A DNA stretch of 64,000 nucleotides from Octopus sinensis. Lineage: Eukaryota. Position numbers and translations under genes: made by a program. Position 1 is the stretch's first letter. Each line of letters opens with the position of its first letter. The stretch lies in the NCBI RefSeq assembly GCF_006345805.1, contig NC_043000.1, positions 133,362,001-133,426,000 on the forward strand, read 5' to 3'. The notes below the pieces were generated by a model. That model was given only the letters and a program-made list of their open reading frames with translations, was not told the origin of the DNA and made no database searches. Below are positions 1-10,650 of the stretch, one piece after another.

Positions 1-248
1 CATACACTCACAATCAATCAATCCCCTCCTCACATCACACTCCAATTACTGCTCTTTCCCCTTCTCGATACCACGTTTTTCTCTTGCTGTCCAGAACTAT
101 CTCACTTGTTAGCTATTCTTCATCAATTGATATTGTTCTCCACACCCACGTTACAGTGGCCATCCCATTCCGCTCTCTCTATCATCAAATGATCTCTCCT
201 CATGCATTACACTTGTCTATCTCTCTACTTTGTTTCTACACTCTACAC

Positions 249-449
249 CAGTGGTTTTCAACCAGGATTCCGCCAGTACAGTCCAGGGGTTCCGCAAGAA
301 GTTACAAAACTGCTAAAATCGGCAGTAATTTTTAATTTTCCTGTGCAGATATGTGTGCATAAGACTATTAAATTATTGCACAGGGGTTCCCCGAGCCAGT
401 GGAATGTTTCCTTGGGGTTCCGCTCCAGCAAAAAGTTTGAAAAGCACTG
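249..449. mobile_element. hAT/Charlie-like MITE (201 bp)
   Basis: TIRs CAGTGGTTTTCAACC / (rc) CAGTGCTTTTCAAAC; perfect 8-bp TSD CTCTACAC at 241-248 and 450-457. Confidence 0.85.
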
Positions 450-1017
450 CTCTACACAAACATGTCATTTCTCGTTCTTCCTCTGTCAACAGTATCATCA
501 TTACTACTCTGCTGCTCGCATCTCCCTAGCCCCACCCCTCCCGTCAATCCTTCCCGGTCTTTCCAGATGTTGCCTATCTGCCTCCATCTTTCTCGCTCCC
601 CCTATCTCTTTCACCATACAGTCTTACAAACCCATACCCCAACTGCTCCTCCCACCTGAGGTGCCATCTGGACACCTCATTACCATAATCTATCTCTTTG
701 GAGATATCACCATTTCATTCTCATTCTCTCTCTCCTATGTTAGTAGCCATGTAGCTTCTCTACAAGAACTTGCTCTATCCCCAACTTTTCCCCTAATACC
801 TTACCCCACCATCAAACATAATGACGCAACACCCACCATTTACGGGCTACATGGTGATCTCATTGGTACTAGTGACAAGAAAATAGCACCTGGCATGCAC
901 AGTAAAATGGTTGGCGTTAGAAAAGGCATCCAGCCGCAGAAACCATGCCAAAGCAAAACATTAGAGCACGATGCAATCTTTGGACTCATCGGATTCTTGT
1001 CAATCCGACCAGGCGTT

Positions 1018-1705
1018 GGCATGGCTGTATGTCAAGAAGTTTGTTCCCCAACCACATGGTTCCGGGTTTAGTACCACTGCGTGGCACCTTGGGCAAATGT
1101 CTTCTACTGTAGCCCCGAGCCGTGGAAACACACGGCCTAGTGATTAGAGCAGCGGACTCGCGGTCGAGGGATCGCGGGTTCGAATCACAGACCGGGCGGT
1201 GTGTGTGTGTCTATGAGCGAAACACCCAAGTTCCACGCAGCTCTGACAGAAGGTAATGGCAAACTTCTGCTGACTCTTTCGCCACAACATTCTCTCACTC
1301 TTTCCTCCAGCATCTAGTAGCTCAATTGTGACGGACCGGCATCCCGTTCAGGTGGGGAACCTATATGCCAATGAAACTAGGAAACTGGCCCTTATGAGCC
1401 AGACATGACTCGAGAAGGAACAAACAATAACATAGCCCCGGGCTGACCAAAGCCCTGTGAATGGATTTAGTAGACAGAAACTGAAAGAAGACCCTCATAA
1501 ATATATGTGTGTGTGTGTAGTTTGTTTGCCCTTCTCTCACCGCCTGACAACTACTGTTCAATTGTTTACGTCTCCGTAACACAACGGTTTAGCAAAAATA
1601 CTGATAGAAAAAATACCAAGCTTGTAAAAAAAGTATAGGAGCTGGTTTGTTGACTAAATTCTTCAGGGCGATGCTGCAGTCTAATGACTGGACAAAATAA
1701 AAGAT
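1018..1705 (+). mobile_element. tRNA-derived SINE (local label family E), interrupted by another SINE
   Basis: Head GGCATGGCTG..GGTTCCGGGTT.., CCTTGGGCAA core-like segment, same body as copies at 13012, 21800, 62512. Confidence 0.8.
1122..1432 (+). mobile_element. tRNA-derived SINE (local family C, tail 1) nested in family E copy
   Basis: Pol III A/B boxes; 12-nt TSD TAGCCCCGAGCC 1110-1121 / TAGCCCCGGGCT 1433-1444. Confidence 0.85.
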
Positions 1706-1952
1706 ATATATATATTTTGGCAGAATGTTTCCCGATGTTTTTTTTCTTTATATTGTTGATATTAATAATTAGCATCACTAAATTTCATTTATTGCCATGT
1801 ATTTTATCGAAAAGATCATATCCACTCCAATTTGCGTAGTCAATATACCGTATATAATTTTCTAAAAATAAACGATCTAACTGGAGTCACCTCCCCTGGA
1901 TGTTTTGATCGAAGTTTTTCAACTCGTAATATCACATGTATACGAAAGTCGG

Positions 1953-2190
1953 CGAGCTAGCAGAATCGTTTATATACCGAGCAAAATGCTTAGAGTCCGT
2001 CTTTACGTTCTGAGTTCAAATTCCACCGAGGTCGACATTACTTTTCATCCTTTCGAGGTCGATTAAATAAGTACCAGTTGAACACTGGAGTCAATGTAAC
2101 CGGCTTAGCTGCTCCCCCGAAAATGAAGGCCTTGTGCCATAGTTTGAAATTAATATTACATGCATAAGTAAGGCAGCGAGCAGGTAGAAT
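1953..2190 (+). mobile_element. SINE (local family D)
   Basis: GGCGAGCTAGCAGAATCG head, GAGTTCAAATTCC B-box, TTTCATCCTTTCGAGGTCGAT central domain shared by >10 copies in window. Confidence 0.8.
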
Positions 2191-3629
2191 CGTTAGCATA
2201 CCGAGCAAAATATTGAAAAACATTAATACATGTGAGAGTGAGAAAGAAAAGAGGAGGGTGGTCGTAGGGATGTGCTAGAAACAACAGCCAAATCTCCATT
2301 GAATCATACACCTTTTCGTTTGAAAATATTTAGAATTTTTTTTCTTACCGAAAACGCTTCTATAGTTTTCAAGTGCGTATTGGCCATATATCGATCTGGA
2401 TGAGGTGAAAGAAATCACAAATTTTCTAAATTTTTTTCATTAAAAGATGCCCCCCACTATCATTTAAAAGGTCGTAGTTAAAACAAAATTGGAGAAATTC
2501 CAACTTTTTGTGAGCTTCTTGATCCATATCTCCTCTCCCCACTAGCAGAAAAAAAAATTCCCTCAAATTTTTATAATCGTAATCTATGTCATTTGAAAGG
2601 TATTTGTTAAAAATTTCATCATAAGCTACCCTCTTTCCTAGAAGTTATAAGGTAAAAAAAAAAATCGGTTGTGTGAATTTTTCGAAACTCCCCACCCCTC
2701 CGGAAAAATTCTTTCCAACAAATCCCTATATACTCTGAATCTACAGTATCTAAGCGGTATTGTTTGAAAATTTCGTTAAAAAGTATACATTTTTTGGAAG
2801 TTAAGAGGCAACAAATTCGGAGGGTGGGGTACACTGTGGGAATGTCATATTTCCTCCGTTTTACTTAATTCTGTGGAAAGTGGAGTTAAATTGCTCTCAA
2901 ATCGAGTTTGTTATATTTTTTGTGTGTTAACTAAATACAGAAATTATAAGAGTGGCATGCTCACACACAAATACAACCAAGCATATAGAATAAATAACTC
3001 AACTTACACAAAACTATATAGTGAAAAATACAAAGTCTAGCAAAAATACACACAAAAATAAGCAGCATTTAAAAATGTAACATGTGATTGCGATCAACTC
3101 AAAATTTCATAGAATTAAGTGAAACGGGGGAAGGGAAGTTTTATCTTGAACGCTTTTAGTAAAAGTAAAATTCCGTTATTCTTCAACAGAAAACAATGAT
3201 TTGGGTTCGCTGTTGAATCGTTCTAAAAGTAGTTATACTTGTTTTAAAGTTTGCCAACAATCGCTGTTCATAACTTTCCCACACATTTCAGAACACTAAA
3301 CAGGTCTGTAAAATATCCAGGATACATTTGTGACGCTATACACGCTTGCATTTTGATATTTCCAGTATGCTCCATCGGTTTTTTTTTAGGAATATAATTG
3401 CAAATATTTATTGTGTGATCGTAACAAAAAGACAAACGATAGACATGTAAACAAACCCGAAAACCGTGTTGAGTGAATCTGTAAATACATGCAAAATATC
3501 AAAGAAACGCAAGCAGTTATTAGAAACGTTAAATGTTAAGAAATGCATACGATTCTATAAAACATAAAGATATATATTGACAATTAACATAAAGACATAT
3601 GGTAACAGTGAGAAACCTGAAGAAATCTA

Positions 3630-3830
3630 AGGAAGTACTTCGTGTCAACTACGTGTAACGTAGTTTCGCGCAAAGCGATTCTTCATTAAGGCGTGACGTG
3701 TCATAAGCAGTGCGCCTGCGCATTAACGTGGCCAAACTGTTTGAATAGTGACGCTTCATTCACCAATAAGCAGACTAAATACGCTCGATATATACTACTA
3801 CTGTGCACTGGCTCAACGTTACTAGTTGGG
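3630..3830 (+). promoter_or_regulatory. CpG-rich PDIA5 promoter with UPR/CREB3-like, NRF1-like, CCAAT and TATA-like motifs
   Basis: Local CpG enrichment; TGACGTGTCA 3694-3703, TGCGCCTGCGCA 3711-3722, AACGTGGC 3725-3732, CCAAT 3763-3767, TATATA 3789-3794; 130-330 nt upstream of ATG 3958. TSS not determinable. Confidence 0.65.
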
Positions 3831-3957
3831 GGCCCCTCTCCGCATTTTTCTCCTCCTGTAATGTTTACATAGGCATTTCATTAAGACAATCTGAGTTGCA
3901 ACAACCGGACATCTAGGAGTTTCTTTTTTTTCCCTCCCAATTTGAATATATATCATC

Positions 3958-4017
3958 ATGGCAATTACTTTGGCAAACATGCGTTTAGCACCACTCATCT
4001 TGATTTTCTTTGTGACG
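3958..4017 (+). CDS. PDIA5: PDIA5 exon 1 (signal peptide N/H region: MAITLANMRLAPLILIFFVT)
   Basis: ATG in good Kozak context (atcATGg), hydrophobic stretch, donor acg|GTAAGA at 4018, phase 0 matches exon 2. Confidence 0.8.
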
Positions 4018-5024
4018 GTAAGAGTTTTTTTCTTCAACTTCGATTTTTGTTTTCTGAAAAAATTTTTTTTTTCTTTTTTTGGAAGTCTAATGCTTGAAAG
4101 CATCATTAATTATTATTATATTTCTAAAGCTTCATTTGCATATCAAAATATCTTGTATGTGTGTGATTTTAAGAATGGACATTGCACTTTCACGCCCGCG
4201 CGCACACACACACACACACAAACACACATACTCATGTCCTAAAGAACCGAAATTTAATTACTTTCCTTATACGTCTTGATTTCCCTTAATTAGTTCTTTA
4301 CTGGTTATGTATCTCTTCAATTTACACGTTGCATTTTATCGAGCGATAGATCCACTTGCTGACTTTGGAGTTCCTATGCACCTACCTACCCCTGTCGGTT
4401 TGGTAAATAAAAACCCGGTCGATGGTCATTTCTCTGCTATCTAAATGTCACTTGTACCCGTCTTAAGTCCTTATCAGCAACTTTTCAGCAATTTTTGTGC
4501 AGCGTCCCAGATTTGTCTTCACATTCTTAAATTATGTGACAAGTCATTTGTAAAACACAACGTGAACTTCAGTAGAATGTCTTATTTCTTCACAAGTCAC
4601 TAAGCCTGTTTTCTTCATATTAAGATCCCGGTTTTTCTTATTACTCAAGTATTCCACCAACATGCTGATTACGAATTCTGTAATCCAATATAACACGCAC
4701 ACTGATTAGATCAAGGAGAATCTGGTTGAAGATAAGATAAAACCGACGGCATGTTTGCCTTTAAAATCATATACTAAATAGCATTAATACTTCCTTGGTT
4801 CATCTAGTTTCATTTATTCCATACAATACACCGATGCTCAAATAATGTTTGTAAACTTCTAGCACGCAAATTCCCCATCCCCTGCTTGCCTAGTTCTTAA
4901 GAAACTTTTACTAAAATATTTCCGTAAATTTATTTTGTAAAACACCAGTTGCTACTAATCAAAGTACAGTGAACTTGTTATTTGTCCACCGTTCTTCGGT
5001 GAACTTTCTCTACAAGAATTTAAT

Positions 5025-5520
5025 CACCACCATCAACATCACTTTCTTCTGCTTCATCACTATCATCATTATCATTGTTGTCGTCAATCCATCCATTTTT
5101 CGTTCTTGCTTGCTTTGCACACATCTTCTTCAGCTCAGTGTCTCGTCACTTGTTACAATCTTTTATCATCTTCTCTGGTTCAACCCCCTGGGATTAACAT
5201 TCACCGCCTCTTCCCATATCTTCTTTGATCTTTCGCAAGTACCTTCCACTGGATCGTTTAGCCCTTCTTAACCCAGTTGTCATCTCCCGTGCCCCTCGCA
5301 TGCCGACTCCACTTCAGTTCTCTTATTTCTTTTACACTCCATTTATCTCAGTCCATTCGTGCTCCATCGTTCAAGCACGCTAGCATTGCATATTCTGTGG
5401 AGCATGTTTGCCTTAATTCATTCCAGTCTGCACACCCGATGACTGTGTTTCACTACCATGCAACATTACATTTCGTACACAAGCATTGTAGAATCTGTCC
5501 TTCACCCACAGAAGGAATCT
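5025..5520 (-). mobile_element. RTE-clade LINE 3' fragment (degenerate ORF2 C-terminus)
   Basis: Minus-strand translation resembles the RT C-terminal region at 9654-10120 (IKANMLHRICNASV...); ends in a (GAT)n-like tail. Confidence 0.6.
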
Positions 5521-5569
5521 TTTTGATGTCAGCAGGGGTAATCACTATTCTTTTATTCTATTACTTGTT

Positions 5570-5910
5570 TCAGTCATTTGGCTACGGCCATGCTGGAACA
5601 CCGTCTTTTAGTCAAAGAAATCTACCCCAGGGCTTATTCTTTGTAAGCCTGGTACTTATTCTATCAGTCTCTTTTACCTAACCGCTAAGTTACGGGGACG
5701 TCAACACACCAATATCGGTTGTCAAGCCACGGTGGTGGGAACGACAAACTCACACACACACTCGATGGGCTTCTTTTCAGTTTCTGTCTACCAAATCCAC
5801 TCATGAAGCTATAGTAGTAGACACTTGCCCAAGGTACCATGCAGTGGGACTGAACCCAGAACCATGTAGTTGAGAAGCAAGCTTCTTACCACTCAGTCAC
5901 GCCTGTGCCA
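5570..5910 (-). mobile_element. SINE family E copy
   Basis: Reverse complement of family E body and head. Confidence 0.8.
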
Positions 5911-6059
5911 ATCTAAATATTTTCTTTGCATTTTTTACTCTGGCTACTACTATACTTTCAAAATAATCCCCTCTGCTAATTAGGCAACAGAAATTACTAT
6001 CTGCTACAAGAGAACCTTGCAAACATTTGAAAAATTTTTTAGATCGGTGCTTCTTCCTA

Positions 6060-6399
6060 GAGTGGAGTTTCTCTGAATTTAGACAGCTGATCTTAAAATA
6101 CTCTATTATGGTTTGGAGAACTACAATAAACAGGATGGAGTTGAGGACTGAGCCCTGATGGTCACCTATTACATGCTAAATGACTTACTGAACTTGTTAA
6201 TTTTCAACTTGCTGATTATATCTCTATACATGATTTGCATGGTTCTCACTGGTAAAAACACAATCATCTAACCATATTACAGGGTTGATATTCCATCATA
6301 TGACTATAGTAACTACATAGCAATATACTTTGTCAAATGTTTTCTCCAGGTTAACAGATGCTATGTATATAGTGATTTTCTCTATGCAAATAACTTTTT
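6060..6399 (-). mobile_element. Degenerate RTE-type reverse transcriptase fragment
   Basis: Minus-strand NLEKTFDK (cf. DLEKAFD) and GDHQGSVLNSILFIV (cf. GVHQGSVLSPLLF). Confidence 0.6.
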
Positions 6400-6702
6400 G
6401 TGGAGGCACATGGGCTAGTGGTTAGAGCAGCGGATTCACGGTCGAGGGATCACGGGTTCAAATCTCAGACCGGGCGATGTGTGTGTTTATGAGCAAAACA
6501 CCTAAGCTCCACACGACTCCGGCAGAGGGTAATGGCAAACTTCTGCTGACTCTTTCGCCACAACTTTCTCTCACTCTTTCCTCCTGCATTTTGTGGCTCA
6601 CCTGTGACGGGCCAGCGTCCCATCCAGGTGAGGAACCTATATGCCAAAGAAACCGGGAAACCGGCCCTTGTGAGCCAGGCATGGCTCGAGAAAGGAACAA
6701 AG
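6400..6702 (+). mobile_element. SINE family C, tail 1
   Basis: Near-identical to 1122-1432; 8-bp TSD AACTTTTT 6392-6399 / 6703-6710. Confidence 0.85.
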
Positions 6703-8135
6703 AACTTTTTCCTGTAGTTGTTTCACCAAGAAGAGTGTTTTAGTAGCTGGTACCCTATTCTGGCACAAACCTTGAACTTCATCTAATCTAATTTAATTTT
6801 CTTTTTAATTAGTTGGTCCATAGTTGCTTCTTTCTAGGACATCTCCTTTATCCTGTGTGAAACTAACCGTACAGCTATACCAGTCACTGGCAGTGACCTC
6901 TTCTTGTACCACACGAATGATTACATGAATAATTAGTGCGTGTTCTTCTTCACTTGATTCGTTCAGCATCTCAGCATGATGGTCCTGAATAATGATTTCA
7001 ACCATATAGCTATCGATTTCAAAAGCAGGGTCTCATTGAAGTTGACTGTATATCTCCTATGCATTCTCCTTATTCAACAACTTCTCATAATAGCATTTCT
7101 TCACAGTCTCTTATATGATTGGAAATATAATTTTGAAGTATTCATGATGTCATAGTGAGGATCTGATCAAAGATTGCATTTACAAAAATAAGAGAAAAAT
7201 TCCGATATAAATAAAGTGGAAGTATACAAAAATGAATATAGTTTTCCTTCTTACTGTTAATTTTGTTTCGTTTTGAAAAATAAAAATTTATTTTATGATT
7301 TATTATTGTTTATATTTTGAATTACATATATATGGGAGTGCCAAAATCTTTTAAGTACTTTAGGCCTCTATGGGTCTTAATCTGGCCCTGATCTTACATG
7401 AGTTATAAAGCTCAGGTGTGACTCACATTAGTGTGGTGGGGCTGAAGTATTTCCCGACCTTAAATTTCATATCGAAGTGGAGAGTGTGTATGGTATTTTT
7501 TTGGTGATGTGTGGAGTGATTATGTTTTATATTTGCACTAAACGCACAATTTTGAGTACTTTTCTGTGCTTTTTATAAATTCCGATCAAGATTACTTCTC
7601 AAATATTGTACTCTTTAGAAGTTAAATCTTTGTTGGGCTGAAAAGTCAACCTTTGAACTATAGAACATTGGAACTTTTCTCTGTATACCTTTTGCAGATT
7701 CTGCAATGAGGACCAGGTCATCAAGTCAAAGTTTTCAATTATATCCAACTGAAATTCAATATGGGTATCATAACCTCTGTAGTGTTGATATTACACGTGG
7801 CCATAGGCATCATTTATTTAGTTTTTTTTCTTTAAAATACTTGATCAGTTAATTCACATCGATATAGGTGATAGTATTTGGCAGTTTCACATCCTTTAAT
7901 CTGGTGAACAATGAAAAAGCTAGATGCCGTTTCATTCATTTACTGAGATTAAGCATATATTGATGTTGTGCTAATATCATTGGTTGAGGTGAGTTTTTCT
8001 GTCAAAGGATTTGACCTCTTGAACCAAATATTAATTCATACAGTGTTTCTGCAACTTACAACAGTGGGTTGTACCTTTATGATATTGGCTCTTGATTTCA
8101 TAGCATAGTGGACAGAGCCAGTGTGTGTGCTAAAT

Positions 8136-8226
8136 GATAAAAAGAGCCCCTTCTGTCATGAATGACCATGAGATAGCACCTAGATATTGTGAGCCCGATG
8201 CTCTAACCACTGAGCCATGTGCCTTA
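8136..8226 (-). mobile_element. Internally deleted mini-SINE (family B head fused to family B tail)
   Basis: rc reads TAAGGCACATGGCTCAGTGGTTAGAGCATCGGGCTCACAAT joined directly to ATCTAGGTGCTATCTCATGGTCATTCATGAC; about 250 bp missing versus 62979-63320. Confidence 0.7.
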
Positions 8227-8303
8227 AATATATATATGTATATATTACGGAGATGTACTTGCATAGCAAGTGATTTGATCTGAGATCGTGTGCTGGAATG
8301 AAA

Positions 8304-8571
8304 ACAATTGCAGTGTGGAAGGTGTTTGTAAGCCATTTAAGAAACACACAAAAGCTGTTTGATTCACTTCAACATTTAAGTTTAATTTGTCAAAATATTT
8401 TTGTCACTAAAATCCGCGACCTGTTCACTGACAAAAATTTTTGTCAGTGAACAGGTCGCGGATTTTAGCGACGAAAATATTTTGACAAATTAAACTTAAA
8501 TGTTGAAGTGAATCGAACGGCTTTTGTGTGTTTCTTAAATGGCTTACAAACACCTTCCACGCTGCAATTGT
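8304..8571. repeat. 268-bp zero-spacer palindrome (134-bp arms) embedded in (TA)n, probably a Penelope-like terminal remnant
   Basis: Centre ACAAAAA|TTTTTGT at 8437/8438; only 5 mismatches (left-arm positions 8314, 8356, 8360, 8402, 8406). Confidence 0.9.
8440..8489 (+). ncRNA. Putative minimal type I hammerhead-ribozyme-like motif (variant core)
   Basis: TTTGTCA-GTGAACA-G-GTCGC(ggatttta)GCGAC-GAAA-ATAT-TT-TGACAAA: helix I 7 bp, helix II 5 bp, palindromic ATAT in place of helix III, core G3:C8 instead of C3:G8. Activity untested. Confidence 0.45.
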
Positions 8572-9037
8572 ATATATATATATTTATATACTGTATATAT
8601 GATGATATATATATGTAGATTTATATGTATGTATGTTCTTCAACTGATTTCTTTTATTGGACTGTAGTCACACTGAAGCACACATAGCCTTCAAAGGTTT
8701 TAATTGATATGTTGTTTCCATTAATTTTTATCAATCTCTATTTGTCAAACTGCTCAGTTTGAGACATATACAACATTGATTTTCAGGCGGAAGTAAATGC
8801 AAATACCCACACTGTTTAATGTGTTTTTCCATGCTAGCATAAGTTGGATGAAGAGTTATTAGAGGTAGCATTTTATTGCTGGTTACTCTTGCTGCAACTT
8901 GAGATGAGGGTCTTTTTTTTTCATTCCACAGGTCTTTGAAGGTTCAAAGCTCCCACTCAGTATGCCAAAAAGGAATATAAACATCAGTCACTGACTTGCT
9001 TTAGTGAAGCTATGAAGCATCAACACTTTTGCACATT

Positions 9038-9105
9038 CACATGCATGCATGCATGCATGCATGCATGCATGCATGCACGCGCACACACATACACACACAC
9101 ACACG
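9038..9105. repeat. (CATG)9 plus (CG)/(CA)n alternating purine-pyrimidine tract
   Basis: CATG repeats 9040-9075 followed by CACGCGCACACAC... Confidence 0.95.
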
Positions 9106-9429
9106 ACAGTCTTTTTTTTTCAAGTTCAACAAATTATTGGTTGAATTGAGACATAGAAGAAATTTAAGAGATTGGTGAATCTGGAAATGTTTGCAAAGTA
9201 AACTGTTTAACCATGCAGCCATGTAAAAAGCACATGTGCCAATGCCACGTAAAATGCACCTAGTACACTCTGTAGAGTGGTTGGCATTAGGAAGAGCATC
9301 CAGCCATAGAAACCTTACCAAAACAGACAATTGGAGCCTGATGCAGTTCTCTGGCTTGCCAGCTTCTGTTAAACTGTCCAACCTGTGGCAGTATGGAAAA
9401 CAGATTTTAAGTGATGACAATATAAGCTT

Positions 9430-10405
9430 TAGACAGACAACCTAGTGCAAGCTTTGGATATATGAGAGGTGTAACAGCATTATAAGAAGGTTAACAGAGA
9501 AAATAATCTTATGTGTGGCGAATGTGTGGCTACAATAAGCACTAAAAATGTGCAGACAATAGACCCTCTCAAATGCTCAGACAGATCATTAGAAGTTGTA
9601 GATAGCTTTTGTTACCTAGCAGACCAAGTTAGCAGTGGAGAAAGAAGTTCTGAGTGTTTCTACCTTTGTTGGTAACTAAGGGCCTCTCCTTCAGAGCGAA
9701 AGGCAGATTATATGATGCCTGTGTATGTACTGTTATGCTACATGACAGTGAAACATGGGCTTTCACTACAGAGGACTTGCAAAGGCTTGAAAGAAATGAA
9801 GCTAGCATGTTCCGCTGGATGGGTAATGTCAGTATGCATGTAAGACAGGATGTAAGTGATTTAAGAGGAAATCTGGATATAAGAGGCATCAGATGTTATG
9901 TGCAAGAGAGATGACTGTGCTAGTTTGGTCATGTGATGCATATGGATGAGGACAGCTGCATAAAGAAGTGCTGAGCACTAATTGTGGAAGGAACTTGTGA
10001 AAGGGATAGAACCAGGATGACAGATGAAGTGGTGAGAAAGGATCTCAGATGCTGGGCCTCACTGAGGAAATGGCATGGTACCAGAAGTTGGGATTTGCTG
10101 TACTTGAGAAGACATGTCAAGCTAAGTAAAATCGCTGTCGTCCATACGTACAAGCTTGTTCTGGGCTGGTGCTGGTGCCACATAAAAATGCACTTATGCT
10201 AGGGCTGCATAAATGTGCCTGTGCTGGTGGTATGTAAAAAGCACCTGACACACTCTGCAAAGTGGTTGGCATTAGGAAGGTCAGCCAGCCAGCTGTAGAA
10301 ACCATGCCACAACTGACAATTGGAGTCTGAAGAGCTCCCCAGCTGGCCAGCTCCATGTCAAACTGTCCAGCGCATTCCAGCATGGAAAATGGACATTAAA
10401 TGATG
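9430..10405 (+). mobile_element. RTE-clade LINE 3' portion: RT C-terminus running into 3' UTR (local family A)
   Basis: SLEVVDSFCYL.., RLYDACVCTVMLHDSETW..LERNEASMFRWM.. then UTR with GTGGTTGGCATTAGGAAGG and TTAAATGATGAT tail. Confidence 0.85.
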
Positions 10406-10582
10406 ATATATATATAATTACTATGAGGACATCCTAGATACACTGATTTAGTAAATTGTATTTTGAAGAGATATTTCTTCAATTAATATATTATATAAAA
10501 TATCAAATATTATTAAGTTTGCAAATGGAGAGTACTAATGGATACATTTGTATCTGTTAGATCTGTCTGTTTTCAAACTTAA

Positions 10583-10650
<68 letters not shown>

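Noticed and set aside
202-1071. 289-aa ORF, the longest in the track
   Set aside because: Runs through a hAT MITE, pyrimidine-rich LINE debris and SINE sequence; no recognisable domain or splice context.
2270-2860. Two loosely repeated AT-rich blocks upstream of the promoter
   Set aside because: Probably an old DNA-transposon remnant, but no TIR or TSD could be defined.
3170-3400. Possible divergent gene on the minus strand from a bidirectional promoter
   Set aside because: Only short ORFs (under 40 codons) with no homology I recognise and no convincing splice chain.
8911-8935. Strong acceptor-like TTTTTTTTTTCATTCCACAG followed by GT (recursive or poison exon)
   Set aside because: The regenerated donor GTCTTT is poor and no downstream donor is evident; such tracts are common in AT-rich introns.
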